Source: Nanobdellota archaeon (GTDB lineage Archaea > Nanobdellota > Nanobdellia > SCGC-AAA011-G17 > UBA489). From it: DNA of 58,418 nt. The notes under the pieces were generated by a model. That model had not been told where the DNA came from, ran no database searches, and was given only the letters and a program-made list of their open reading frames with translations. The position numbers were made by a program, and so were the translations under genes. The stretch lies in contig JAUYMN010000013.1 of assembly GCA_030699455.1 (NCBI GenBank), positions 1 to 58,418 of the forward strand, given 5' to 3'. This document shows positions 45,538-53,782 of this stretch, piece after piece; position 1 is the first letter of the stretch, and every line of letters begins with the position of its first letter.

Positions 45538-45932
45538 TTTGTATCTCCCGTATTTTTTTTGGATATATCCATAGAAATTCCACCTTACTCGTAAAGGGAA
45601 CTCTTTGCGGATCGCGATGTGTGAAAAGGTCATAAGAGGTGCTATCAAAGTAGCCAAAATAAAGTCCCTGCCTTTCTTTCATTAATATCCCTTTTTTTCA
45701 CTAAAAAGTAATGATTTTAATTAGTTATTATAAAATAACCTCTAATTGTATCATTTGAATAATGATAACGGTTTAAATATTTTTATAGAGGCAAAAATAG
45801 ATTAAAAGAGAACAATTTCGAAAAATACATTAATCAACATAAAACTTACGAAAGATAAAAGACATAAGTGGTTTTTAGAATACTATCTTATTAACTATGA
45901 ATCTAATGACAATTTTAATTTTGCCACCACCA

Positions 45933-46778
45933 TCAAACAAAAATAATTGGAAATAAATATACTTCTATTGTTCCTGCAACAACTAATAAAGCAAGTGACA
46001 ATCCAACCAGCCACCCCGCATCATTTATTATTGTGTTTGCACTCTTGCTTGAAAAATCATGCCTTATTAATGCAACAGAAATTATTCCGCCTGCAAGACC
46101 CGCAACTAAGTAAGAGGCTATCTCAAATATTCCGTGAAACATAAAACCAAAAAATCCGTATGAATAAGTCCCTATAAAGGAAATAAAAGAATTAGAACTT
46201 TCTGCAAAATTTCTGACAAAAGAGCCAAGCGCAGTCGCAATTATTGATGCATTCCATGCCAGGATAAATATTGCACCCGCACCAAAAAACAATGAGAATA
46301 TAAAGCTAAAAATGAGAACCTTAAGATTATTAACAAATATCTCTGAAAATTTTCCAGAATTTACAGCATTGCCAGTGATAGCATTCTGCACCGATGCAAC
46401 CTCATCAAGCTGAATCTTGAAGATTTCATTAACACTATCTTCTGGCAGAAAAATAAACCACCCAGAGAATGCGATTAAAAATCCGAGAAATAGGGCAATA
46501 AAGGCAGCAATAACATTCCTGTGTTCTTTTAAAAGACTGCGCTCACTTATGTTTCTTTTTTTTGCTCCAAAGTCTCTTTTCTCCTCAATTTTAATAAGTT
46601 TGTGCATCAAAGGTATGGAAGCAAATACGACAATACTTACAAATAATCCTTGTATTTTTCCATGAAACACAAATAATTCAAAAAAAATCCCCACAGATGC
46701 ATATATTATTCCAATCAAAAACACCTTAAATGGCATCTTCTCGGCATTCTTTCCATTAATCAAAGATTCCAATACCAT
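45933..46778 (-). CDS. SpoIIM-like (DUF95) polytopic membrane protein
   Basis: 281 aa, 6 or more TM segments, with IFILAWNASIIATALG and HGIFEIASYLVAGLAGG motifs resembling the SpoIIM family. Starts 3 nt after the BNR gene stop. Confidence 0.6.
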   Translation of the reverse strand: MVLESLINGKNAEKMPFKVFLIGIIYASVGIFFELFVFHGKIQGLFVSIVVFASIPLMHKLIKIEEKRDFGAKKRNISERSLLKEHRNVIAAFIALFLGFLIAFSGWFIFLPEDSVNEIFKIQLDEVASVQNAITGNAVNSGKFSEIFVNNLKVLIFSFIFSLFFGAGAIFILAWNASIIATALGSFVRNFAESSNSFISFIGTYSYGFFGFMFHGIFEIASYLVAGLAGGIISVALIRHDFSSKSANTIINDAGWLVGLSLALLVVAGTIEVYLFPIIFV

Positions 46779-46781
46779 TCA

Positions 46782-49265
46782 TCACAATCCCAAATCCTTA
46801 ATATTTTTTGGCGGATTTATTTTTTTATTAGACATCTGCTGAAGTCTCTCTAATCTTTTTTTAACACTTAATGTTTTGTGCCTATTATCCAATGCGGCAG
46901 TCATCGCATTTATATCCATAGGATGTTTAAATGCAGGCTTGCTGTCTAATTTTTTTACGGGTGTTGATGACTGCATCTTTTCAAGTCTCTCTCTAACGGT
47001 AAGCCTTTTCGGAGGCTCTTCAATGTAGTAAGGGTGTTTCATAATAGTATTATCTTCGCCATGATTGACAATTTTTTTGAGATTATTATCTTTTCTGTTG
47101 ATTGTATTTGATAGCTTATCCTTTAAATTAATCTTGCTTGATATTATCAGCAATATCCACAACATTACAGCAGCAAACAATGCAATTTTTATGAAGAAAA
47201 AGATACCATTGCTTTTTTCCTCAGGAACAATTTCAAATACATTTTCTGCAAAAGCTTTTTGATTATCACCGTACTCCAAAATTACTTTTATATGGTATGT
47301 TCCAGTTTCAATATTTTTTGGAAGGTCAAAGATTTTTGCAAATTCACTTTGTCTGTTTACAGTTAGTTCATTGACTTCTTCCATTACCAAGTTATTTTGG
47401 TCATCTAGAAGGCTGTAGGTTATTGTACCGCTAGCTTTTCCTTCTTCACCAAAGTTTACAAGGCTTACTTTAAGGATTAGCTCATTATTTGAGTCACCAG
47501 AAATTATTTTATCTGAATCCAAATCTATTGAAACATCAAAAAGAGCGCTTTGTTTTTTTGGCTGTGGGATGCTTGCAGGCTCTTGGTTTTTGGCATTTGA
47601 GGTGTCTTTATGAGGTGGTGTTCCAAATCCGCTGTCACTACCAGATCCACCCTGATTAGGACTGCCAGCATTATTAGAACTTTCATCACTTGAAGGTTCA
47701 TTAGTGTTATTTTCAGTCATATTAACAAGAAAACTGTAGGTAACACTGGTCACATTAACAATCCCATCGCTGACTACTAAGTACCATGTATGTGCATCAT
47801 TGCTCAAATCGGTCCAGTTGTACATAATATTACTGTTGTTGCTTTGATTTGTCAGACTGGTCAGCAGATTTCCATCTCCATATAGCCATACATCGATGTT
47901 ATCAAAATCATCATAAACAGTGGCATTCAGGACAGCATAATCAACATCAAAAACACTGTTGTTAGAAGGACTGTTTAGGCTGACAGTTGGTTCAACATTT
48001 ATAATATCATAATCAATAGTAACTCCATACAGGTTCGGCGTCAAATTAAAAATACCAGATGTAAAATTAAGTTTATATTGGAAGTAGCGACTGCTTTCAT
48101 TCAGCAAACTTATTACCGTATTGTTATGTGGCCCATTCCATGTTTCATTAGTGCAGGCATCATTACAAAAACGCATATATGCAGTAATGTTTGTCTTTGA
48201 GAATAAGCTGCCAAATCCCTTCACATTGTTGTTTGAATTGCTGTTAAAGCTGTCATTAATTTCGAGCCAGCTTATTCCTGAATCATTTGAACTAAATACT
48301 CTTTCAGCACTATCAATAATAAAAAGTGCATTATTGTTATCAGCAATCATCTCCAGTCCATTTTGGGAATAAGGTGTAAATGAATTATTAATAACACTCC
48401 AGTTAACCCCTGAATTATTAGAGCGGTAAATAGCCTTATCATAAAGTATATAGACATTGTTTTGACTGTCAACTGTTAATGCAGCAGCAGATGAAAACCC
48501 GCCATAATCACTTGTTTGCTGGCTCCAGCTTATACCATCATTAGATAGGTAAACTCCCTTGGATCCATCCAAGGCATAATATGAATTTGAGGCATTGACA
48601 CCAAGCCCCTTCACATTACTGTTGGAATTGCTGTTAAAGCTGTCATTAATTTCGAGCCAGCTTATTCCTAAATCATTTGAACTAAATACTCTTTCAGCAC
48701 TATCAATAATAAAAAGTGCATTATTGTTATCAGCAATCATCTCCAGTCCATTCTGAGAATAAGGTGTAAATGAATTATTAATAACACTCCAGTTAACCCC
48801 TGAATTATTAGAGCGATAAATAGCCTTATCATAAAGTATATAGACATTGTTTTGACTGTCAACTGTTAATGCAGCAGCAGATGAAGACCCACCATAATCA
48901 CTTGTTTGCTGACTCCAGCTTATACCGTCATTAGATAGGTAAACTCCCTTGGATCCATCCAATGCATAATAAGTTATTCTGGTTGACAGATTCTGTTCCC
49001 ATGTTAAGTTATTCCATACAGCATTACTTCCAGCATCAAAAACCTTGCTTGTATACCACCCATTAATAAAAGACGAATTCATCTGCAGGGAGCTAGTGGC
49101 ATTATCATAATAAACATAGTCATATACGCCTTCATCAAAATCAGATTCAGAGTTGGTAACAAAAGTTGTGGCACCAGCAAAACTTACTACAAGGGTTGAT
49201 ACCATCATAAAAATATAGAAGACTCTGCAGATATGCTTAGTTCCAGTGGAATTTTTATTTTTCAT
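46782..49265 (-). CDS. type-I membrane protein: BNR/Asp-box beta-propeller, Ig-like domains, TM segment, 117-aa cytoplasmic tail
   Basis: Start at MKNKNSTG (49265), ATGA overlap with the wHTH stop. Asp-box-like SNDLGISW, SNNSGVNW and SNDGISW motifs, each repeated. TM IFFFIKIALFAAVMLWILLIISS. Tail contains RLTVRERLEKMQ and LSVKKRLERLQQ. Confidence 0.75.
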   Translation of the reverse strand: MKNKNSTGTKHICRVFYIFMMVSTLVVSFAGATTFVTNSESDFDEGVYDYVYYDNATSSLQMNSSFINGWYTSKVFDAGSNAVWNNLTWEQNLSTRITYYALDGSKGVYLSNDGISWSQQTSDYGGSSSAAALTVDSQNNVYILYDKAIYRSNNSGVNWSVINNSFTPYSQNGLEMIADNNNALFIIDSAERVFSSNDLGISWLEINDSFNSNSNSNVKGLGVNASNSYYALDGSKGVYLSNDGISWSQQTSDYGGFSSAAALTVDSQNNVYILYDKAIYRSNNSGVNWSVINNSFTPYSQNGLEMIADNNNALFIIDSAERVFSSNDSGISWLEINDSFNSNSNNNVKGFGSLFSKTNITAYMRFCNDACTNETWNGPHNNTVISLLNESSRYFQYKLNFTSGIFNLTPNLYGVTIDYDIINVEPTVSLNSPSNNSVFDVDYAVLNATVYDDFDNIDVWLYGDGNLLTSLTNQSNNSNIMYNWTDLSNDAHTWYLVVSDGIVNVTSVTYSFLVNMTENNTNEPSSDESSNNAGSPNQGGSGSDSGFGTPPHKDTSNAKNQEPASIPQPKKQSALFDVSIDLDSDKIISGDSNNELILKVSLVNFGEEGKASGTITYSLLDDQNNLVMEEVNELTVNRQSEFAKIFDLPKNIETGTYHIKVILEYGDNQKAFAENVFEIVPEEKSNGIFFFIKIALFAAVMLWILLIISSKINLKDKLSNTINRKDNNLKKIVNHGEDNTIMKHPYYIEEPPKRLTVRERLEKMQSSTPVKKLDSKPAFKHPMDINAMTAALDNRHKTLSVKKRLERLQQMSNKKINPPKNIKDLGL
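48217..48971 (-). repeat. tandem duplication, 390-nt period (130 aa, three propeller blades), near-identical
   Basis: 48217-48581 and 48607-48971 differ at about a dozen positions by eye, mostly transitions. The period is exactly 390 nt. Confidence 0.9.
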
Positions 49266-49465
49266 TTTTTTCTCCAGTAATGCAACCTGCAATTGCCTAT
49301 TGTCCTAACATCAACAAGTCCCGCCCCAAGAAGCCTAGAAAGAGCAATCGTAGCAGTCACTCTGGAAACATTTGTTTTCTCAGCAATTTCCTGAATAGTC
49401 AGCCCCCTGGTATCTGCTTTAAGGATTTTCCTGCTTTTTTCCAGAACAATATCAATTTTTCCCAT
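49262..49465 (-). CDS. small winged-helix DNA-binding protein
   Basis: 67 aa. GLTIQEIAEKTNVSRVTATIALSRLLGAGLVDV..IGNCRLHYW is an HTH plus wing. Its stop overlaps the BNR gene ATG. Confidence 0.7.
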   Translation of the reverse strand: MGKIDIVLEKSRKILKADTRGLTIQEIAEKTNVSRVTATIALSRLLGAGLVDVRTIGNCRLHYWRKK

Positions 49466-49482
49466 GTTTATTAGTGTATACT

Positions 49483-49501
49483 ACTAGAAGATACCTCTAG
49501 T
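49483..49501 (-). promoter_or_regulatory. imperfect palindrome ACTAGA-N7-TCTAGT abutting a TATA box; candidate operator
   Basis: Plus strand actagaagatacctctagt. TATA (plus-strand tatataaa) at 49501-49508. Lies between the TATA and the wHTH ATG (49465). Confidence 0.3.
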
Positions 49502-49541
49502 ATATAAATCTAATGATAGTCACTAGCATATAGAAAATAAA

Positions 49542-50045
49542 TCAGAACAAAAAGTTGAATATCTTTCTAAAAATTCCAACATCTTCACCAGCAACAGTAA
49601 AAGACACTTTAGAAATTCCAAGAAGTTCACCCTCCATATTCCGCACTTCAACAACAGCAACATGTCTTCCAGATTTAGTGTCCGAAATAGAAAGTTCTCT
49701 CAAAAAATCATTGTTGTTGCTTACGGCCAATGTTTCTTGCCTTACAAATTTACCGTCTATGAAATAACTAAAAGTAACATCTCGTAGTTCATCAAAGATA
49801 CTAATTATATTTATTTCCAATAATATGTTATCGTTTTTAGAACTATCAATAGTATCACTACCAACAATATCCAAACTAAGTCTTAATATTGGTTCCTTAG
49901 TATCTACATCAATAACCCGTGAACTAAGTGGATTCAATTGCCCTGAGAGCAGTCCAATAAAAAACATAAATAAAAACAGGCTTATTGAAAAGAAAAGAAA
50001 TAATCTCTGCTCACGTAGATTTACAACCTCCATGTTAATAACCAC
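49542..50045 (-). CDS. N-anchored protein with Ig-like domain
   Basis: TM LFLFFSISLFLFMFFIGLL. The following domain resembles the membrane-proximal Ig-like domain of the BNR protein in pattern (L.L.I......I.......L.INI.. ...G.H...V.....). Confidence 0.5.
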   Translation of the reverse strand: MVINMEVVNLREQRLFLFFSISLFLFMFFIGLLSGQLNPLSSRVIDVDTKEPILRLSLDIVGSDTIDSSKNDNILLEINIISIFDELRDVTFSYFIDGKFVRQETLAVSNNNDFLRELSISDTKSGRHVAVVEVRNMEGELLGISKVSFTVAGEDVGIFRKIFNFLF

Positions 50046-50162
50046 TGTTAAAGAATATTTAAACCTTTTTAAAGGTCAGAATAATCAGGCTCAAAAATAT
50101 TGACGCAGTCAGCAATCAAAACCTATTTAAACCATTTTATCCGCAGAAAATAGGGTTCAACA

Positions 50163-50489
50163 GTGATTGACAACATAAGAACTATTACAGAAGGCTTTCT
50201 TTACACAGATGAGATATTGCAACATTCACAGGAAGATGCAGAAATGGAAATGAGAGCACTTGACTGCATACTCTCAAATATGAAGCATACGCGTCCCATA
50301 AATGGTATGCAGGGATGTCTCTTGAACAAACAATGTGTATACAGAGACAACTCAATATTGCTAGGAAAGGCGCATGATGATTTTGGAATCGCAATAGATT
50401 TTCTTCCGGCATGTGAATATAATTCCAAGGACAGGGAAGAAACACCAGTAGATAGATACCTAAGAGAAATAAGACAATCAAAATGGTAG
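50163..50489 (+). CDS. hypothetical protein (GTG start; may start at an internal Met)
   Basis: 108-aa ORF in a plus-strand pocket between minus-strand genes. Competing antisense ORFs exist. No recognised motif. Confidence 0.35.
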   Translation: MIDNIRTITEGFLYTDEILQHSQEDAEMEMRALDCILSNMKHTRPINGMQGCLLNKQCVYRDNSILLGKAHDDFGIAIDFLPACEYNSKDREETPVDRYLREIRQSKW

Positions 50490-50668
50490 AATATACATCA
50501 TCAGGAAAAGGATCGTATTCTAGTGAATCATCCAGTTATGGAACCGGGAAAAATAATTATTCTCCAACGGAATTAAATGTAATACAATACCGAGTTAAAG
50601 GATCCAATGCAACTATATGCACATGCCAAAAGAAAGGGCCATGCAGGGGAACCTGTATTTCTACTTAG
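50483..50668 (+). CDS. 61-aa peptide with Ser/Gly/Tyr-rich N-terminal half and Cys/Thr-rich C-terminus
   Basis: MVEYTSSGKGSYSSESSSYGTGKNNY...GSNATICTCQKKGPCRGTCIST. Its ATG overlaps the upstream stop (ATGGTAG). Confidence 0.35.
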   Translation: MVEYTSSGKGSYSSESSSYGTGKNNYSPTELNVIQYRVKGSNATICTCQKKGPCRGTCIST

Positions 50669-50669
50669 T

Positions 50670-51905
50670 TTAAAAAATAGTCTGCATCCCAATCAGATTA
50701 AGAACTACAAACACAAACATTACCAATGAGGAAATAATACCTAATAACCCAACAACAGAAAACCTTCCAATGTTAAGAGGACACAAGAACTTTCTTTTTG
50801 TTTTTATTTTGTATCTCAAAACCATCATGCTCAGATTTATCATTCCAAAGACAGCAAACAAAAACAAATTAGTCAGATTTGCAACAAGTTCTATGTCACC
50901 AGCAAATACAAATAGGCAGGCAACAAAGGCAATTAAAAATATTGCAACCCATGGGGTTCGTGTTTTTTTATGCACTTTTGCCAATACCTCCGGCAGTGAT
51001 TTTTCCCTCGCCATTCCATAAATCATCCTTGAATTTGTAACTAATGTTATCAAAACCGTATTTGCAGTGGAAAATAATGCGACAATGCCAATTATTATGA
51101 ATGCAACAGGACCAATAGATGTTGCAACTACACTCGCCAAAGGAGCACTTGAAGCATGCAAATCCTGCCATTTTATTATGCTGACAGCAGCCACGGAAAC
51201 AACAACATAAAGTATAGTTGTTATGATAATGGAATAAATTAGAGCCAGTGGAATATTTCTATCAGGATTTTTGGTTTCTTCTCTTAATTTGACTATGCTC
51301 TCAAAGCCCATATATGCAAAGAATACCAATGCAGCAGTGCTAAACACACCAGATAATCCCTGTGGCATCTCTAGATAATTAACGCTTCCAAAACTCTTGA
51401 TTCCCAAAATAATTACTAGAATTAATCCTCCAAACTCAATGAATGTTGACAGTGTATTAAATCTTGCAGATTCTTTTATTCCTGTAAAATTAATTATGGT
51501 CATCAGCAATATAAGACCAATCGCACCAATAATGAGTGGCACATTAAATATTTTAATAAGGTATCCTGCAAATCCAAGCGAAACCGTTGCGGCACTAACA
51601 ACGCCGGCTGCAAGAATGATAATACTAAAGATAAATGCAATTTTAGAGTTAAACGCTTTTCTGAAATAATCATATTCAGCAGCATCACCTTTAAACATTG
51701 ATGTTAGCTCAGCATAACTTAAGCCAGTAAATGCAGCAACAATGGCAGATATCAGGAATGCCAGCCATATTGCATTACCAGCACCGCCGGCAGCAACACC
51801 AATCAAGGCATAAATCCCTGCACCAAGAATAATACCAACACCTGCAACAGTAACCTGCCAAAGATTAAGTTCCCTTCTCAGTCTCACCATCTTCAGTTTA
51901 TACAC
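50670..51905 (-). CDS. APC-superfamily amino acid permease
   Basis: 411 aa, about 12 TM segments, N-terminal L.LWQVTVAGVGIILGAGIYALIG signature. Confidence 0.85.
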   Translation of the reverse strand: MYKLKMVRLRRELNLWQVTVAGVGIILGAGIYALIGVAAGGAGNAIWLAFLISAIVAAFTGLSYAELTSMFKGDAAEYDYFRKAFNSKIAFIFSIIILAAGVVSAATVSLGFAGYLIKIFNVPLIIGAIGLILLMTIINFTGIKESARFNTLSTFIEFGGLILVIILGIKSFGSVNYLEMPQGLSGVFSTAALVFFAYMGFESIVKLREETKNPDRNIPLALIYSIIITTILYVVVSVAAVSIIKWQDLHASSAPLASVVATSIGPVAFIIIGIVALFSTANTVLITLVTNSRMIYGMAREKSLPEVLAKVHKKTRTPWVAIFLIAFVACLFVFAGDIELVANLTNLFLFAVFGMINLSMMVLRYKIKTKRKFLCPLNIGRFSVVGLLGIISSLVMFVFVVLNLIGMQTIF

Positions 51906-51911
51906 AATATC

Positions 51912-52358
51912 TTATTTAAAAAGCTTTTTACTTCTTCTTTCTCCAATGGAAGACTTAAAGCTTATCATTTCCATCAGGTGAGGTTCGAGTTTTATCACAT
52001 CTTTTGCAGTAATTATTCCTTGCAATTTACCACCATCTATTACGGGAAGATGCTTTATTTCACTGCACCCCATAAGCGTCACAGCATCAGACAAATCTCT
52101 CAGGCTTTCAATAGATATCAGCTCCTTTTCCGCTAAACTTCCTGCCAAAGTTTTTTTTGGATTCTTCTCTTCAGATACCACTTTTCTCACAACATCCTGC
52201 TCAGTAATGATGCCTGCAGGTATTTCCCCCTTCATGAGAACCACGCTACCAACCCTGTTTTTTTTCATAATCTTGGAAATGTCGCAAATATTGCTATTTT
52301 AATCAGCAGTAAGAACTTTCCTATTCATGACATCATGTATTTTATATCCAGACTTCAT
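51912..52358 (-). pseudogene. CBS-pair domain gene interrupted by an in-frame TAA (52299-52301)
   Basis: Upstream of the track ORF (51912..52268), the same frame reads MKSGYKIHDVMNRKVLTAD-TAA-NSNICDISKIMKKNRVGSVVLM. Together this reconstitutes a normal first CBS motif. Confidence 0.55.
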
Positions 52359-52440
52359 GCTATTTATGAAGGCAAGAAAGTATTTATTTGTTTGTGAAAT
52401 TTGGATGACTTACCATCTTAAAGTGGTTATTTCAGAAAGA

Positions 52441-52448
52441 TTTAAAAA
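52441..52448 (+). promoter_or_regulatory. TATA box (TTTAAAAA)
   Basis: Ends 25 nt before the ATG at 52474. Confidence 0.45.
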
Positions 52449-52473
52449 TAATAAGGTATTGCGCTAAACAGCC

Positions 52474-53625
52474 ATGAAAATCTTGCAAATATCTCCACCA
52501 GTATTACCAATAGGACCGGACATGAAATATGGGGGAATAGAGAGAGTTATACGCGATTTGGACAAGGAATTTTTAAATCAAGGTCATGAATCATTTGTTG
52601 TTGCATCACCGGATTCAATAATTGATGGGACTTTGATATCCTCTCCCGGAGAAAGTTCATGGCAAAAAGATAAAGATGGGTTTTATGCGAAATGTAACCC
52701 TGAATTTGAGGCAAGATATGTCAAAACAGTAATAGAAGCAATAATGGCAGTAGAACCTGATGTCATTCATGATCACCTGCAATTGATAATGAGAGAGAGA
52801 TATTTGGAGAGTAAAATAAGAACTCCGATGCTTACAACTTTGCATGGCACACTGCATAGCAGGAGTGGCCAGTCATCAATACCTGTCCCAACACCAAAGG
52901 TTGTTAACGAATGGAATCATTTTAACGCAATCAGTGAATCACAAAGGAGGTTTTTCAGCGAACTGATACCAGTTCAGTTTTGTGTGCCTAATGGCATAAA
53001 TGTTAATGAGTATCCCTTTGAAGCAAACAAAAGAAATTATCTTCTTTCCTTAGGTAAAATAGGAGAGAATAAAGGCCAGGATACTGCAATAGAAGTTTCA
53101 TATAGAACTAACAAGCCATTAGTCATCGCAGGCCCAGTTCACATTTTTAGAAAAGACATAAAAGAATATTGGGAATCAATTAGCAAGAGAATTGATGTGT
53201 TCTACGATAACATGCCTGCAGATCAGATAGATGATTTTACACAAGAGCTTTCTAAAATTAGGAAACACAAAGTAATTTATGTTGGCGAAACAGATGACAA
53301 ACAAAAGAAGGAATGGTTCAAATATGCAGAGACATTCCTGATGCCAATAAGATGGCATGAACCATTTGGTTTGGTAATGATTGAGTCAATGGCAACAGGC
53401 ACACCAGTAGTTGCATATAATATGGGGGCAGTTTCAGAAATAGTGGTAAATCAAAGAACTGGTTTTATTATTCCAGAAAAAAATCTTAACATGTTTGTTA
53501 AAGAAACAATTGATTCAAAAAGCATAGACCCCCATGCATGCAGGAGGCATGTTGAAAGAGATTTTGATGTCGGTTTACAAGCTAGGAGATATATTAACAT
53601 ATTTGATGAGATAAGACAGCATTAA
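52474..53625 (+). CDS. GT4-family (group 1) glycosyltransferase
   Basis: N-terminal GGIERV, C-terminal EPFGLVMIESMATGTPVVAYNMGAVSEIV (E-x7-E region). Confidence 0.85.
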   Translation: MKILQISPPVLPIGPDMKYGGIERVIRDLDKEFLNQGHESFVVASPDSIIDGTLISSPGESSWQKDKDGFYAKCNPEFEARYVKTVIEAIMAVEPDVIHDHLQLIMRERYLESKIRTPMLTTLHGTLHSRSGQSSIPVPTPKVVNEWNHFNAISESQRRFFSELIPVQFCVPNGINVNEYPFEANKRNYLLSLGKIGENKGQDTAIEVSYRTNKPLVIAGPVHIFRKDIKEYWESISKRIDVFYDNMPADQIDDFTQELSKIRKHKVIYVGETDDKQKKEWFKYAETFLMPIRWHEPFGLVMIESMATGTPVVAYNMGAVSEIVVNQRTGFIIPEKNLNMFVKETIDSKSIDPHACRRHVERDFDVGLQARRYINIFDEIRQH

Positions 53626-53662
53626 AAAAGCTTAAATAATGTGTTCTAAGAATTTTTGACAG

Positions 53663-53748
53663 GCGAGAGTCCCATAGCCTGGTCAATTGGGCAGGACTTA
53701 AGATCCTGTGACTTAGTGTCTGCGAAGGTTCGAATCCGTCCTCTCGCA
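53663..53748 (+). tRNA. tRNA-Leu (anticodon TAA), type II with long variable arm
   Basis: Acceptor GCGAGAG/CTCTCGC with discriminator A. U8, D-loop AGCCTGGTCAA with GG. Anticodon stem CAGGA/TCCTG, loop CTTAAGA. Variable arm about 15 nt. T-arm GAAGG-TTCGAAT-CCGTC. No encoded CCA. A TTTT run follows. Confidence 0.85.
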
Positions 53749-53782
53749 GTTTTAATAAGAAAAATGCAGTTTTTACACCGCA

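Noticed and set aside
45538-45657. N-terminal extension of paralog A (track start at 45657, MATLIAPLMTF...).
   Set aside because: The extension precedes a textbook signal peptide that has its own GGGAG SD (start 45537). Paralog B starts at the equivalent Met. The extension is probably just an open upstream frame.
48217-48971. Whether the near-identical 390-nt repeat pair is a DGR template/variable-region pair or a CRISPR-like array.
   Set aside because: The differences are scattered transitions in both directions, not adenine-specific. No reverse transcriptase gene is in the window. The repeats are in-frame coding units of one gene, and only two copies exist with no spacers.
52299-52301. Stop-codon reassignment (TAA as sense) as the explanation for the interrupted CBS gene.
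   Set aside because: TAA terminates many well-delimited genes in this window at positions matching family lengths (e.g. proS, rpl35ae, ABCE1 region genes). A single nonsense mutation or sequencing error is more parsimonious.
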